From positions 141,127 to 205,126 of the forward strand of contig CAWDZE010000015.1 of the NCBI GenBank assembly GCA_963806705.1: a DNA stretch of 64,000 nt, in the 5' to 3' direction. Made by a program: the position numbers and the translations under genes. Position 1 is the first letter of the stretch; the number at the start of each line of letters is the position of its first letter. Origin of the DNA: Vicinamibacteria bacterium. GTDB lineage: Bacteria > Acidobacteriota > Vicinamibacteria > Vicinamibacterales > JAENWD01. Shown piece after piece: positions 8,761-18,865 of this stretch. Below the pieces are notes generated by a model. That model was not told the DNA's origin, searched no databases, and saw nothing but the letters and a program-made list of their open reading frames with translations.

Positions 8761-10588
8761 CCTGGCCGTCGGACGCGTCGTGCGGCGGATGGCGCGGCTG
8801 GTCATCGCGGCCGCGCTTGCCACCGGCTGCGCCACCAGCAGCGCGTTTCGAGATGGGCGCGCGGCCGAGCGCGCCGACGACTACGACCGGGCGGTCGTCG
8901 AGTACACCAAGGCGCTCAAGGAGAACCCCGACAGCTTCGACGCGCGCCAGGCGCTGGAACGCGCAAAGCTGCGCGCCTCGGAAGTGCATTTCGCGCGCGG
9001 GCGCCGGCTGTACGCCACCGGCAAGTTCGAGGACGCGCTGGTCGAACTGCAGCTGGCCTCGGAGATGAACCCCGCCAACGGAGAGATCGACGCCGAGCTG
9101 CGCCGGACGCGTCTGGGGCTACGCACCAAGCTTGCCACGCCGATCGACGGCAAGACGCGCCTCGAGTCGCTGGTCGAGCGCTCGCGCGACATGGAGCCGG
9201 CCGGGCTCGACCTGCCGCGCGACGTGAAGCTGCCGTCGTCGGCGATGGTCTTTCGTGATGCGGGCGTTCGCGACGTGCTGACTGTCATCGCACGGCTGGC
9301 CAACGTCAATGTGGTATTCGACCCGGCGTTCCGCGACGCGCTGATCACCATCGAACTGCGGGACCCGGAGTTCGAGTCCGCCTTGACATCGGTGACCTCG
9401 AGCACGCGCAACTTCTTCAAGGTCACCGCGCCGCGCACGATCACGATCGCCCCCGACACGCCCGCCAAGCGCCGTGAGTACGAAGACGAGGTCGTTCGCA
9501 CCTTCTATCTGAGCAACGCCGAGCTGAAGGAGACCATCGACCTGCTCCGGATCGTCGTCGACCTCCGCAGGCTGGCCGGCGTGCCCGGCACCAACGCCAT
9601 CACCATCAAGGACACGCCCGAACGACTGGCCGCCGCGGGCCGTATCATCACGGCCATCGACAAGTCCCGGCCGGAGGTCGTCATCGACGTGGAGTTGCTG
9701 GAAGTGGACCGGAAGCGCCTGCGCGAGTTCGGGTTGCAGGTGGCCTCCCCGGGGTCTCCTGGCATCAACGGCGCGGCGGACGTGAACCAGCCGGGTTTGA
9801 CGCTCGAGAGCCTCCGGAAACTGACGTCGGCCGACGTGTTCCTCACCGGCGTGCCGGCCCTCTACTATCGCCTGCTGAAGTCCGACACGAACACCCGTGC
9901 GCTGGCCAGCCCCCAGTTGCGCACAGCCGAAGGCATTCCGGCACAGGCCAAGTTCGGCGAGCGGGTGCCGGTGCCGGTCACGGTGTTCTCGCCCATCGCC
10001 ACCGGCGGCGTGCCGCAGCAGCCGGTGACCTCGTTCAACTACGAGAACATCGGCGTCAACATCGACATCACGCCACGGGTGCACCACAACGACGACGTGT
10101 CGCTGGCCCTGAAGGTCGAAGTCAGCAACGTCTCGGGGGAGGGATTCGGTGGCTTGCCGACCTTCGGCAACCGGTTCATCAACACCGTCATCAGGCTCAA
10201 GGATGGCGAGACGAACATGCTGGCGGGCTTGATCCGCGACGACGAGCGCCGGGTGCTCGAAGGCGTGCCGGGCCTCAGCGACCTGCCTGTCGTCGGGCGG
10301 CTGTTCAGCCGCAACAGGCGCGAGACGCAGGAGACCGACATCATCCTGACGCTGACGCCGCACATCGTGCGCGTGCTGGACTTGACTGAAGCCGACCTGA
10401 GGCCCTTCCGCCTTGGCGGCGGTCGCGGCAGCGCGCCCGCCGGTGAGAGTCCAGCCGGGCCGGCGCAACCGCCGGCCCGTGATGAAACGCCGCCCGTGCC
10501 GCCGGGGCCACGTCCGGCCGTGCCGATCACTCCGCCCGATCCGACACCGGCTCCGCAGCCGCCGCCGGCTCCCCCGCCGCCGCAGTAG
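8747..10588 (+). CDS. secretin family protein (GspD/PilQ-like) with lipoprotein signal, TPR-like N-terminus and Pro-rich C-terminal tail
   Basis: Secretin C-domain motifs LKDGETNMLAGLIRDDERRVLEGVPGLSDLPVVGRLFS...TDIILTLTPHIV. N-terminal MARLVIAAALATGC fits the lipobox pattern. The tail reads PPVPPGPRPAVPITPPDPTPAPQPPPAPPPPQ. An alternative start is the ATG at 8789. Confidence 0.85.
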   Translation: MQAADLAVGRVVRRMARLVIAAALATGCATSSAFRDGRAAERADDYDRAVVEYTKALKENPDSFDARQALERAKLRASEVHFARGRRLYATGKFEDALVELQLASEMNPANGEIDAELRRTRLGLRTKLATPIDGKTRLESLVERSRDMEPAGLDLPRDVKLPSSAMVFRDAGVRDVLTVIARLANVNVVFDPAFRDALITIELRDPEFESALTSVTSSTRNFFKVTAPRTITIAPDTPAKRREYEDEVVRTFYLSNAELKETIDLLRIVVDLRRLAGVPGTNAITIKDTPERLAAAGRIITAIDKSRPEVVIDVELLEVDRKRLREFGLQVASPGSPGINGAADVNQPGLTLESLRKLTSADVFLTGVPALYYRLLKSDTNTRALASPQLRTAEGIPAQAKFGERVPVPVTVFSPIATGGVPQQPVTSFNYENIGVNIDITPRVHHNDDVSLALKVEVSNVSGEGFGGLPTFGNRFINTVIRLKDGETNMLAGLIRDDERRVLEGVPGLSDLPVVGRLFSRNRRETQETDIILTLTPHIVRVLDLTEADLRPFRLGGGRGSAPAGESPAGPAQPPARDETPPVPPGPRPAVPITPPDPTPAPQPPPAPPPPQ

Positions 10589-10603
10589 CGGGCTGACGCT
10601 GAC

Positions 10604-11860
10604 CTAGGTCAGTTTGGTCACCCTCGCGCCCAGCGATTGCAACCGCTCGACGAGCCGGCTATAGCCGCGCTCGACGGTCTCCAGTGGACTGACGCGACTC
10701 TCGCCGTCGGCGGTCAGCGCCGCTGCGATGAGCGACATCCCGGACCGCAGATCGCGGCTGTCGAGGGAACGTCCGCGCAGGCGGCAGGGACCGCTCACGA
10801 TGATTCGGTGAGGATCGCAGAGGAAGAGGTCCGCGCGCATCCCGCTCATCTGATCGAGCGCGAACAGGCGCAGCTCGTACATCCAGTCGTGGACCAGCGT
10901 GCTGCCCTGCGCTTGTGTCGCCAGTACCGTCACGAGGCTCACCAGGTCGCTTGGAAAGCCAGGCCACAACCCCGTCGTGATCCGTCCCGCTCCGACCAGC
11001 TGCGACGGCTCGACCTGGAGCCGGCCATCCTCGAAGGTGATCTGCACGCCCAGCCGGCGAAGCACCGCCGCGCACACCTCCACATCTTCGGCGCGCGCGC
11101 CCGTCACCTCGACGGTGCCCGCGGTGATGGCGCCGATGACCGCCCAGCTGCCTGCGTCGATGTAGTCGCCCCAAAGCGTGTGCGTGGCGCCGTGGCGGCG
11201 ATCCACGCCCTCGACTCGAATCGTCGACGTGCCCCCACCCGTAATTCCCACCCCCATTGCCTCGAGGAACCGGCAGAGCTCGGCGACGTGCGGCTCGGTT
11301 GCCGCGTGCCGGATCTCGGTACGGCCCTTGGCACAAGCTGCCGCGAGCAGCGCCGTTTCCGTGCCGGTGACCGAGGCCTCATCGAGGTAGATCGAAACCC
11401 CGGTGAATCCGTCGGGCGCATCCAGGGCATGTCCCGGGCCCTCCAGGACGTGCGCGCCCATGCCCTCGAGCGCGGCCAGATGAGTGTCGATGGTCCGCCG
11501 CACGGGAAAGTCGCCCCCCGGCGCGGCCAGCCGTACGCGTCCGCGCCGCGCAAGCAGCGGGCCGAGCAGCAGCACCGACCCGCGCAGGCGCCCGACCAGT
11601 GTCGGATCCGGCTCGTCCTTCAGTACCGCGGGGCACCGGATGCGAAGCGTCGTCGTGCCGATGCCGTCGACTTCGGCGCCAAGGTCCAGCAGCAGGCGCG
11701 CCATCACCTCGACGTCACCGATGCGGGGCACGTTGTGAAGGACGCACTCGTCTTCGGTCAGAAGGCACGCCGCCAGCAGCGGCAGGGCGGAGTTCTTGTT
11801 GCCCTCGACGTGAATCTGCCCGCTCAGCCGCTGCCCGCCCTCAATCAGTAGCGTCGACAC
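10604..11860 (-). CDS. murA: UDP-N-acetylglucosamine 1-carboxyvinyltransferase
   Basis: MSTLLIEGGQRLSGQIHVEGNKNSALPLLAA..., full-length EPSP-synthase-fold MurA sequence. Confidence 0.95.
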   Translation of the reverse strand: MSTLLIEGGQRLSGQIHVEGNKNSALPLLAACLLTEDECVLHNVPRIGDVEVMARLLLDLGAEVDGIGTTTLRIRCPAVLKDEPDPTLVGRLRGSVLLLGPLLARRGRVRLAAPGGDFPVRRTIDTHLAALEGMGAHVLEGPGHALDAPDGFTGVSIYLDEASVTGTETALLAAACAKGRTEIRHAATEPHVAELCRFLEAMGVGITGGGTSTIRVEGVDRRHGATHTLWGDYIDAGSWAVIGAITAGTVEVTGARAEDVEVCAAVLRRLGVQITFEDGRLQVEPSQLVGAGRITTGLWPGFPSDLVSLVTVLATQAQGSTLVHDWMYELRLFALDQMSGMRADLFLCDPHRIIVSGPCRLRGRSLDSRDLRSGMSLIAAALTADGESRVSPLETVERGYSRLVERLQSLGARVTKLT

Positions 11861-12830
11861 TCTCTCCTCCAGCCCCGGGACCGAAGTCGCCGAGATACAC
11901 GATCTCTTCTGCCAGCGTCACCGCAAACGTCTCGGACACGGTCTGCCGGCATCGGCCGACCAGCGCCCGAATGTCCGCGGCCGTTGCCGTCCCCGAGTTC
12001 ACGATGAAGTTGGCGTGAGTGGGTGACACCAGCGCGCCGCCGATGGCGGCGCCCTTGAGACCCGCCCTGTCAATCAGCGCCCCGGCCGATGGGGGCACGC
12101 CGGGCGGCAAGTCAACATCGACGGCCGGGTTTTGAAAGATGCAGCCGGCACTGGGCGAGGCCAGCGGCTGCGTTGCCTTCCGGAAAGCCAGCGACGCGCG
12201 TGCCGTCTCACGTAACGCGTCCGGTTCCCCCGGCGACACCCCGAACAGCGCCGACAACAGGACCTCGCCAGTTCGTTGCAGGCGGCTCCGATCGTAGCCA
12301 AACTCCATCGCGCCAACGGTCACGTCGCTCACGATGCCATCAACGGTTGCCAGGCGCACGCCGACGATCACGTCAGAGAGCAGGCGTCCGGCCCAGTGTG
12401 CGTTGCCGTAGATGCCGCCGCCGACGGTGCCCGGCGTCCCGGCCCACGCTTCGAGACCGGCCAGGCCGTGGCTGATCAGCCAGCGCACAAGCCCGTTGAT
12501 GGTCACCGCGGCATCGGCGCGGACGCGTGTTTCATCTTCGCGCTCTATGTGCCCACCGCGCGGACGAAGCACCAGCCCCCGGATACCGGCATCTGCCACC
12601 AGCACATTCGAGCCGCCGCCCAGCATCGTCACGGGCACGTCGTGTGCGTGGGCGTGACGAAGCGCCATGAGGATTTCTTCCGCGGAGCGAGGTTCGACAA
12701 ACAGATCGGCCGGGCCGCCAACCTTGAAGGTCGTCATCGGCGCGAGCAGCTGGTTGGCCGCAACGCGCTCCGCACCGAGCTCGCGCTCGAGCGCCGCCCG
12801 CAAGCGCGTCAGGCTCCCACTGGACCTCAT
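11841..12830 (-). CDS. murB: UDP-N-acetylenolpyruvoylglucosamine reductase
   Basis: LAPMTTFKVGGPADLF, GGGSNVLV and the C-terminal MurB domain. Start set at ATG 12830, which forms an ATGA overlap with the pxpC stop. The stop overlaps the murA start by 20 nt. Confidence 0.9.
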   Translation of the reverse strand: MRSSGSLTRLRAALERELGAERVAANQLLAPMTTFKVGGPADLFVEPRSAEEILMALRHAHAHDVPVTMLGGGSNVLVADAGIRGLVLRPRGGHIEREDETRVRADAAVTINGLVRWLISHGLAGLEAWAGTPGTVGGGIYGNAHWAGRLLSDVIVGVRLATVDGIVSDVTVGAMEFGYDRSRLQRTGEVLLSALFGVSPGEPDALRETARASLAFRKATQPLASPSAGCIFQNPAVDVDLPPGVPPSAGALIDRAGLKGAAIGGALVSPTHANFIVNSGTATAADIRALVGRCRQTVSETFAVTLAEEIVYLGDFGPGAGGESVDATD

Positions 12831-13765
12831 CCAATCCTCTGAGCGAACTCGTCGAGTGCGCGCGCGCGTTCGGCGGCCGCGACCCGGGCCGGCTCCCACT
12901 CACATGGCACGAATCGGCACGAATCACCGGGACCGAGCTGGCCTGCAAGCGGGAGGTCGGCGGCCGTCACGACGGCGACGATCGCGTACCCGCCCGTCGT
13001 CTGCCGGTCAGCCATGAGCAGCAAGGGAGAGCCGCCAGGCGGCAGCTGGATCGCTCCGGTCACCACCGGCTGCGACAGCATCGTGGCCTCGGTCTCGGGG
13101 AGTGGGCGGTCGGCCATCAGCCGGTAGCCCGTCCGATCCGATGCGGAGGCGATTCGATAGTGTGCGTCGCACAGGCGCTGTAAGAGCTCGCTGCTCGCTG
13201 GCGAGTCGCCGGACGCGCCGAGCACTCTCAGCACCGGCTCTTCGCCAAGCCATGACGGATGCGCGAAGTTCCTGAGACCGTCGACGACGTGTGGCGAAGC
13301 CCCGACGGGTATGCGGTCTCCCTTCTGCAGGCGACGGCCGTCGAAACCGCCGAGTCCGGAGCGAATGTCGGTGGACCGGCTCCCCAGGACGGGTGCGACG
13401 GCGACGCCGCCGCTCACCGCAAGATAGGCGCGCGTGCCGCGCTGACGCTCGCCAAACTCAATCGTGGCCCCGTCGCCCACCGGGCACGACAGCGGCGTGC
13501 GGGTGCGGTACCCGCCCACCGTCACGTCGAAGGCGGCGCCGGTAATGGCTATCGACATCGGGCCCTCGGCGCGCAGCGTCGGCCCCAGCCACGTCACCTC
13601 GAGCAGCGCGTCGCCGTCAACGTTTCCGACGAGACGGTTGGCCAGGCGTGCCGACCAGTCATCCATCCATCCCGACACCGGCACACCGAGATGTTGTGAG
13701 CCCCACCGGCCCTGGTCCTGGACGGTCGTCAGCAGGCCCGGACGCTCGACCACCAGCGTGCTCAC
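12827..13765 (-). CDS. pxpC: 5-oxoprolinase subunit C / KipA (allophanate hydrolase subunit 2 family)
   Basis: MSTLVVERPGLLTTVQDQGRWGSQHLGVPVSGWMD... is typical of the KipA/PxpC family. GTGA overlap with pxpB. Confidence 0.85.
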   Translation of the reverse strand: MSTLVVERPGLLTTVQDQGRWGSQHLGVPVSGWMDDWSARLANRLVGNVDGDALLEVTWLGPTLRAEGPMSIAITGAAFDVTVGGYRTRTPLSCPVGDGATIEFGERQRGTRAYLAVSGGVAVAPVLGSRSTDIRSGLGGFDGRRLQKGDRIPVGASPHVVDGLRNFAHPSWLGEEPVLRVLGASGDSPASSELLQRLCDAHYRIASASDRTGYRLMADRPLPETEATMLSQPVVTGAIQLPPGGSPLLLMADRQTTGGYAIVAVVTAADLPLAGQLGPGDSCRFVPCEWEPARVAAAERARALDEFAQRIG

Positions 13766-14433
13766 GACACCTCGTCTGACGACGCAGCGGGAACGAAGCG
13801 GACGCGATCGCCAGGCATGAGACGGGCCGGCCGAGTCCGTGACACATCGAAGAGGACTTCTGATGTCCGGCCGATGATCTGCCAGCCGCCGGGACTCTCT
13901 CGCGGGTAGATGCCAGTTTGGGGGCCAGCCAATCCGACAGAGCCAGCCGGCACGAGAGTGCGCGGAACGGCAAGACGCGGTACCTGAATGGATGGGTCAA
14001 CGGGTCCGAGATACGGAAAGCCCGGAAGAAACCCGAGCATGAACACACGATAGATCACGGCCGAGTGGCGTCGCACCACCTCGGCCGGCTCGAGCTGCAC
14101 CGCCTCGGCAACAGCGGCGAGATCGGGCCCTTCGGATCCACCGTAAGACACTTCGATTTCGATGACCGGGCTGTCGGTGTGCGTGGCCACCGTGGGCAGT
14201 GCGAGTTGTTCGGCAATCAGGCGCTGGATCTCACCTGCTTCGGCGCACTCCGGCGACAGGTGCACCGCTACGGAAGTCAGGGCCGGGACGACATCGCGCA
14301 CGCCAGCCCACTGCTGGCCGGCAATCCACGCCGCGGTGGCCAGGACACGCGCCGACGTGTCGGCGTCCACACGCGGCTCGAACGAAACGAGCCACGCGTA
14401 ATCGCCGAGCCTGCTCAGCCTCGGACCCGTCAC
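13762..14433 (-). CDS. pxpB: 5-oxoprolinase subunit B / KipI (allophanate hydrolase subunit 1 family)
   Basis: YRVFMLGFLPGFPYLG...AGSVGLAGPQTGIYPRESPGGWQIIGRT, KipI/PxpB family signature. Confidence 0.85.
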   Translation of the reverse strand: MTGPRLSRLGDYAWLVSFEPRVDADTSARVLATAAWIAGQQWAGVRDVVPALTSVAVHLSPECAEAGEIQRLIAEQLALPTVATHTDSPVIEIEVSYGGSEGPDLAAVAEAVQLEPAEVVRRHSAVIYRVFMLGFLPGFPYLGPVDPSIQVPRLAVPRTLVPAGSVGLAGPQTGIYPRESPGGWQIIGRTSEVLFDVSRTRPARLMPGDRVRFVPAASSDEVS

Positions 14434-14446
14434 TGGCGGTCCACAG

Positions 14447-16456
14447 TCAGTTGGTAGGCGCCCCGGCCTTGGGCGACAGGTGCTCCTCGAGGAAGCGTAG
14501 CATGTGGCCGGCCATCAGGACCTGACCGCCGCGACGAGCCGCGCCATGCCCCTCGCCCTCGAGCAGAATCAATTGGGAGGCCACACCGCGGGCTTCCAGC
14601 GCTTCCTGGATCTGAAGCGCCTCTCCGGCAGGCACTCGGGGATCGTCGAGCCCCTGGATGATCAGCAGTGGCGCCTTCACTCGATCGAGGTAGGTCGTCG
14701 GAGACAGCAGCCTGAGTGCGTCGCCGTCCTTCTCCAGATCTCCGTACTCGCTCGCACGTAGCGCCCTGCGATCGGGGGACGTATTCCGAAGGAACGTCGC
14801 AAGGTTCGAGATGCCGACGATGGACACGCCAGCGTCGTACGTGCCAGCAAACATGGTCATGCCCATGAGCGCCGAGTAACCACCGTAACTTCCTCCGGCT
14901 ATGGCGATCTTCGGTGCCTTGCCGTTGCGCGTGAACCGCGCGCGCAGCGCCTTGCCCGCGTCGTCGATGTCCGAAATTACGGTGAGCCGCTTTGGCCCGT
15001 TATCAGCATCCAGCCATGCCCTGCCATACCCGTCACTGCCGCGCACGTTCGGCTCTGCGTAAATGAAACCGGCTTCCACGAAGATCTGCGCGAAGCTCCT
15101 GAACATCGGCATTGCCTGGAGCTCGGGCCCACCGTGGAACTCGACGACGATCGGACACGGAGGCGTTACCGAGGCCGCGTCGGGCACGCAATGGGCCGGA
15201 TATCGCACGAACATCGGAATGGCCGTGCCATCGCGGGCTTGGTAACTCTCGAGCCGGGCTTCAGCGAACTTCGCGGCGTCTACTTCGGGCGCTGTCGCCA
15301 GCGCCCACTCCGTGAGTGTGCCAGACTGCCAATCCATGACGAAGCTGCCGCGGGGGGCCTTTCCCGAATCGATCCCGACAACCGCGAAGCGGCCGTCACG
15401 GCTCACGGAGGCAACAGTCACAGCAGCCGCCCCACCTTGAAGCGGGATTTTCAATTCCGCGAGCGTCCGAGCGTCAATCACGCGCAGCCGCTGATATCCC
15501 TCGTCGTTGAGGCTCAAGTAGAGCCGCGTCCGAGCGTCATCCTGAGACAAAAGCGGAGACGTCCATTCGCAATTCCGGAGTGATGGCGCTGAACTCCCCG
15601 CCCGGCCTCCAACGATACAGGCGCCTGAACTCCCCCAGTTTGTTCGTGAGGACCAGCAGCACACCTGGGTCGGGCGCGTATGCCACCTGGTATTCAACCT
15701 TCTCGTTCTGGCCGAGCAACGGTGTCAGCGTCCTGGTTGCGAGGTCGTACTCGGCGTACTCACGCGAGAGTGCGCCGGTCGACTTGCTGAGCAGCAGTTT
15801 CAAGCCGGCCGCGTCACTGCGATGATCGGTGACACTCCAAACCCGGGCTCGTCGAAGACCAGCGTGCGCTGCCGGGTTCGCGAGATCGTACCGATACACC
15901 GCGTAGCTGTCGGGTTTGATGTCGTTGGCGCTGAAGTACACCTCCTTGGAATCGTCGGTCGTGAACGCATAAACGGCCCGCGTCCCTTTCTTGTGGTGGA
16001 TGACCGTAAGCGCTCCGCCATCGGCTGACTGCATGTACAACCCAGGCGCTTCCTGACCGCCGACGTCGCGGGTCACGAATATCGTGCGGCCGTCGGGTGT
16101 CACACCCGCAAGCCTGGTGGGGTCCTCCCCGCCCGTCATTTGGACTGGAAAGCTTCGGGGCCCGTCCAGACGCCAAACGTTTGGCGTACCTGTGACGCTC
16201 CATGTAAAGAATTGGCGTCTGCCGGCCGAGTCGATAATCCCCGGGACCGCGGCTCGCACGTCCAGCATGCTCTGAATGCGCCGCGTCACCTCGCTTGACA
16301 ACGCCGGCGCCGCGTACTTGACGATCTTCTCCCGCGGCACGCTTTCGGCGCCATGGCCGTGCGTACGGGGTCCTGCGACTGTGCCGCCAGCGGCGCCGCA
16401 CTCGCCGCGAGCATCACTGTTCCCCAAACGACGTGCGGTATGGCCGTACGGGTCAT
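14447..16456 (-). pseudogene. S9 family serine peptidase (prolyl oligopeptidase/dipeptidyl aminopeptidase-like) with two apparent frameshifts
   Basis: Signal peptide MTRTAIPHVVWGTVMLAASAAPLAAQS starts at ATG 16456, in an ATGA overlap with the mpl stop. The frame changes near 16343-16350 into ORF 15537..16535 (beta-propeller part). It changes again near 15545-15560 into ORF 14447..15697, the catalytic domain with GGSYGGY and the EGHG context. Confidence 0.75.
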
Positions 16457-17886
16457 GCTGCCCCCTCCGTCTGCGGTTGGCCGCTCTCGCGCAGCCGCGC
16501 GAGAAGCCGACGGTGAATGTTGTCGAACCCGCCATTGGACATGATCACGACGACGTCGCCAGGGCGACGCTCCGCGATGATGGTGTCGATGATGTGATCG
16601 GCGCCGCCCACGTGACGGGCCTTGCGGCCTGCGCTGCAGATTTCGTCCACCAACTCCTCGACCGACAGCCGCTCGCCGTCGGGCAAGGTCGACCTGAAGA
16701 CGGTCGCGATGAGCGTCTCGTCGGCCGCGCCGCCGCTGAAGGCGCGCGCGAAGTCGCGTTGGAAGATCTTCCGGCAGGACGACGCGGACCGTGGTTCAAA
16801 AACCGCCCAGACGCGCCGTCCTGGATACGCCAGGCGCACCGCGCGCAAGGTCTCGGCCACGGCGGTCGGATGGTGCGCGAAGTCGTCGTAGACGGTGACG
16901 CCGCCGACCTCGCCCACCACTTCGAGTCGCCGTTTGACCCCTCGAAACGTGCGCAGGCCCCGCGCGATCGTCGTTTGGTCGAGCCCCACGGACGCGCCCA
17001 CGGCGATGGCCGCCAGCGCGTTACGCACGTTGTGCTCACCCATCAGCGGCAGGTCGAACGCGCCAAAATACTCGCGGCCATGTCGCACCGAGAAGTGCTG
17101 CGCGCCGTCGGCGGCCGTCAGGTCGTAGCCGACCCAGTCGGCATCCTCGCTGAGGCCGAACGTCTCGACAGGCGACACGGCGCGCGCCTTGAGCGCGAGC
17201 GCGTGCTCGCTGTCGTGGCCCAGCAGAAGCAGACCGGTGCGCGGCACCAGCAGCACCAGGCGCTGAAAGGCCTGCAGCACCGCGTCGAGATTGGGATAGA
17301 TGTCAGCGTGGTCGAACTCCACGTTGTTGATGACAGCGACGTCCGGAAGGTACTTCAGGAACTTCGCGGTCTTGTCGAAGAAGGCGCTGTCGTACTCGTC
17401 GCCCTCGATGACGAACTCTCGGCCGGCCCCCACGCGGTAACTCGAGCCGTCGTCGCCGAAGTTGCGCGCGATGCCGCCGACCAGGACCGTCGGATCCGTG
17501 CCGGCCGACGTCAGCACCCAGCCCACGAGCGAGGTCGTCGTGGTCTTGCCGTGGGTGCCGGCGATGACCACCGAACGGGCGCCCCACAGGAAGTGCTCGC
17601 GGATGGCCTCCGGAAGCGAGCAATACCGGATCTTGCGTGACAGGACGGCTTCGAGTTCCGGATTGCCTCGCGAGATGGCGTTGCCGACGACGACCAGGGA
17701 GAGGTCGCCCGTGATATGGGCCGCGTCGTATCCGTCAAACGCACGGATGCCCTCGGAGGACAGGAACTCGCTCATGGGCGGATAAACGCCCTGGTCCGAG
17801 CCCTGGACATCGAACCCTCGCTGCTTGAGCAGCGCCGCCAGAGTGGCCATGGCCGTGCCGCACACGCCGATGAGATGAACTTTCAT
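16453..17886 (-). CDS. mpl: UDP-N-acetylmuramate:L-alanyl-gamma-D-glutamyl-meso-diaminopimelate ligase
   Basis: MKVHLIGVCGTAMATLAALLKQRGFDVQGSD..., Mur ligase P-loop GTHGKTTTTS, Mpl-type length of 477 aa. Confidence 0.9.
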   Translation of the reverse strand: MKVHLIGVCGTAMATLAALLKQRGFDVQGSDQGVYPPMSEFLSSEGIRAFDGYDAAHITGDLSLVVVGNAISRGNPELEAVLSRKIRYCSLPEAIREHFLWGARSVVIAGTHGKTTTTSLVGWVLTSAGTDPTVLVGGIARNFGDDGSSYRVGAGREFVIEGDEYDSAFFDKTAKFLKYLPDVAVINNVEFDHADIYPNLDAVLQAFQRLVLLVPRTGLLLLGHDSEHALALKARAVSPVETFGLSEDADWVGYDLTAADGAQHFSVRHGREYFGAFDLPLMGEHNVRNALAAIAVGASVGLDQTTIARGLRTFRGVKRRLEVVGEVGGVTVYDDFAHHPTAVAETLRAVRLAYPGRRVWAVFEPRSASSCRKIFQRDFARAFSGGAADETLIATVFRSTLPDGERLSVEELVDEICSAGRKARHVGGADHIIDTIIAERRPGDVVVIMSNGGFDNIHRRLLARLRESGQPQTEGAA

Positions 17887-17929
17887 AGGCTAACGGGCTA
17901 CACGCTACAGGCTCCAGCCTTCAGGAGCC

Positions 17930-18865
17930 TCAGACAACGGCGGACTCTTCCACCACGAGTCTGGGTGCGCCATCGGCCACCAGCCTCGTCTGCACACCCA
18001 GCGGCAACGTCAGTGCTGCGCCGTCGACGTGTCCGGTCGGCGCGCCGAAAACCACCGGACCAGCAAATCCGCCGAACAGATCCGCCAGGACCTCGCGGGC
18101 GGTCAGCGCACCGCCGGGCTCGTCGCACCTCGGAAACGTGCCCAGCAACACGCCGCGAACCTTCCGCAGCATGCCGGCGTCGCGAATCTGCTGCACGAGG
18201 CGGTCGAGGCGATACGGACGCTCGCCCACGTCTTCGAGCAGCAGGATTGTGTCGTCCCACGGCGCCAGGCCGTAGTCAGTGCCTGCGCTGGCGGCCAGCT
18301 GGGTCAGGGTCCCGCCCAGCAGACGACCGGAGGCCTCCCCGGCCACCAGCGTCTCGGCGCCGTCGAGCACCAACTCGCCCATCGGCGCCGGGATCGTCAG
18401 CGCCGAGAGCAGCGACGCGCGGTCGTAGGCCGAACTCCCGCGGCCCAGACGCCCCGCGACGGTCGGGCCGTGAAAGGCGACCACCCCGCAATGGCCGACC
18501 AGCCACGTCAGCAGCGTGGTGAGGTCACTGTAGCCGACGAACGGCTTCGGCGTCGCGCGAATCGTCCCTGGGTCGAGGGACGTGACCATCTGCGCGCTGC
18601 CGTACCCGCCGCGCACTCCGAAGAGGCCAGCCACTCCCGGGTCCTTCCAGGCCCGGAGGAAATCGGCCGCGCGCGTGGCGGGGTCGCCAGCAACATATCG
18701 GCGCCGGGCAAACAAATCGTGATGCCACTGCGGGTTGAAGCCCAGCGCGGCCAACTCGGCGACGCCGGCGTCGAACTCCTCCGCCTCAAACGGGCTGGCC
18801 GGCGCCACAATCGCCACCACGTCGCCCTGGCGCAACGCCGGTGGACGAAGCAACGCCTCCTTCAT
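17930..18865 (-). CDS. ldcA: LD-carboxypeptidase (muramoyltetrapeptide carboxypeptidase, peptidase S66)
   Basis: LRQGDVVAIVAPASPF..., GYSDLT nucleophile motif, S66-family length. ATGA overlap with the nagZ stop. Confidence 0.85.
   Translation of the reverse strand: MKEALLRPPALRQGDVVAIVAPASPFEAEEFDAGVAELAALGFNPQWHHDLFARRRYVAGDPATRAADFLRAWKDPGVAGLFGVRGGYGSAQMVTSLDPGTIRATPKPFVGYSDLTTLLTWLVGHCGVVAFHGPTVAGRLGRGSSAYDRASLLSALTIPAPMGELVLDGAETLVAGEASGRLLGGTLTQLAASAGTDYGLAPWDDTILLLEDVGERPYRLDRLVQQIRDAGMLRKVRGVLLGTFPRCDEPGGALTAREVLADLFGGFAGPVVFGAPTGHVDGAALTLPLGVQTRLVADGAPRLVVEESAVV

Noticed and set aside
17909-17930. 7-bp hairpin AGGCTCC-N8-GGAGCCT overlapping the ldcA stop codon as a terminator between ldcA and mpl.
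   Set aside because: The stem is short, there is no U-tract, and mpl follows 43 nt later on the same strand. It is more likely incidental or a minor intercistronic structure.
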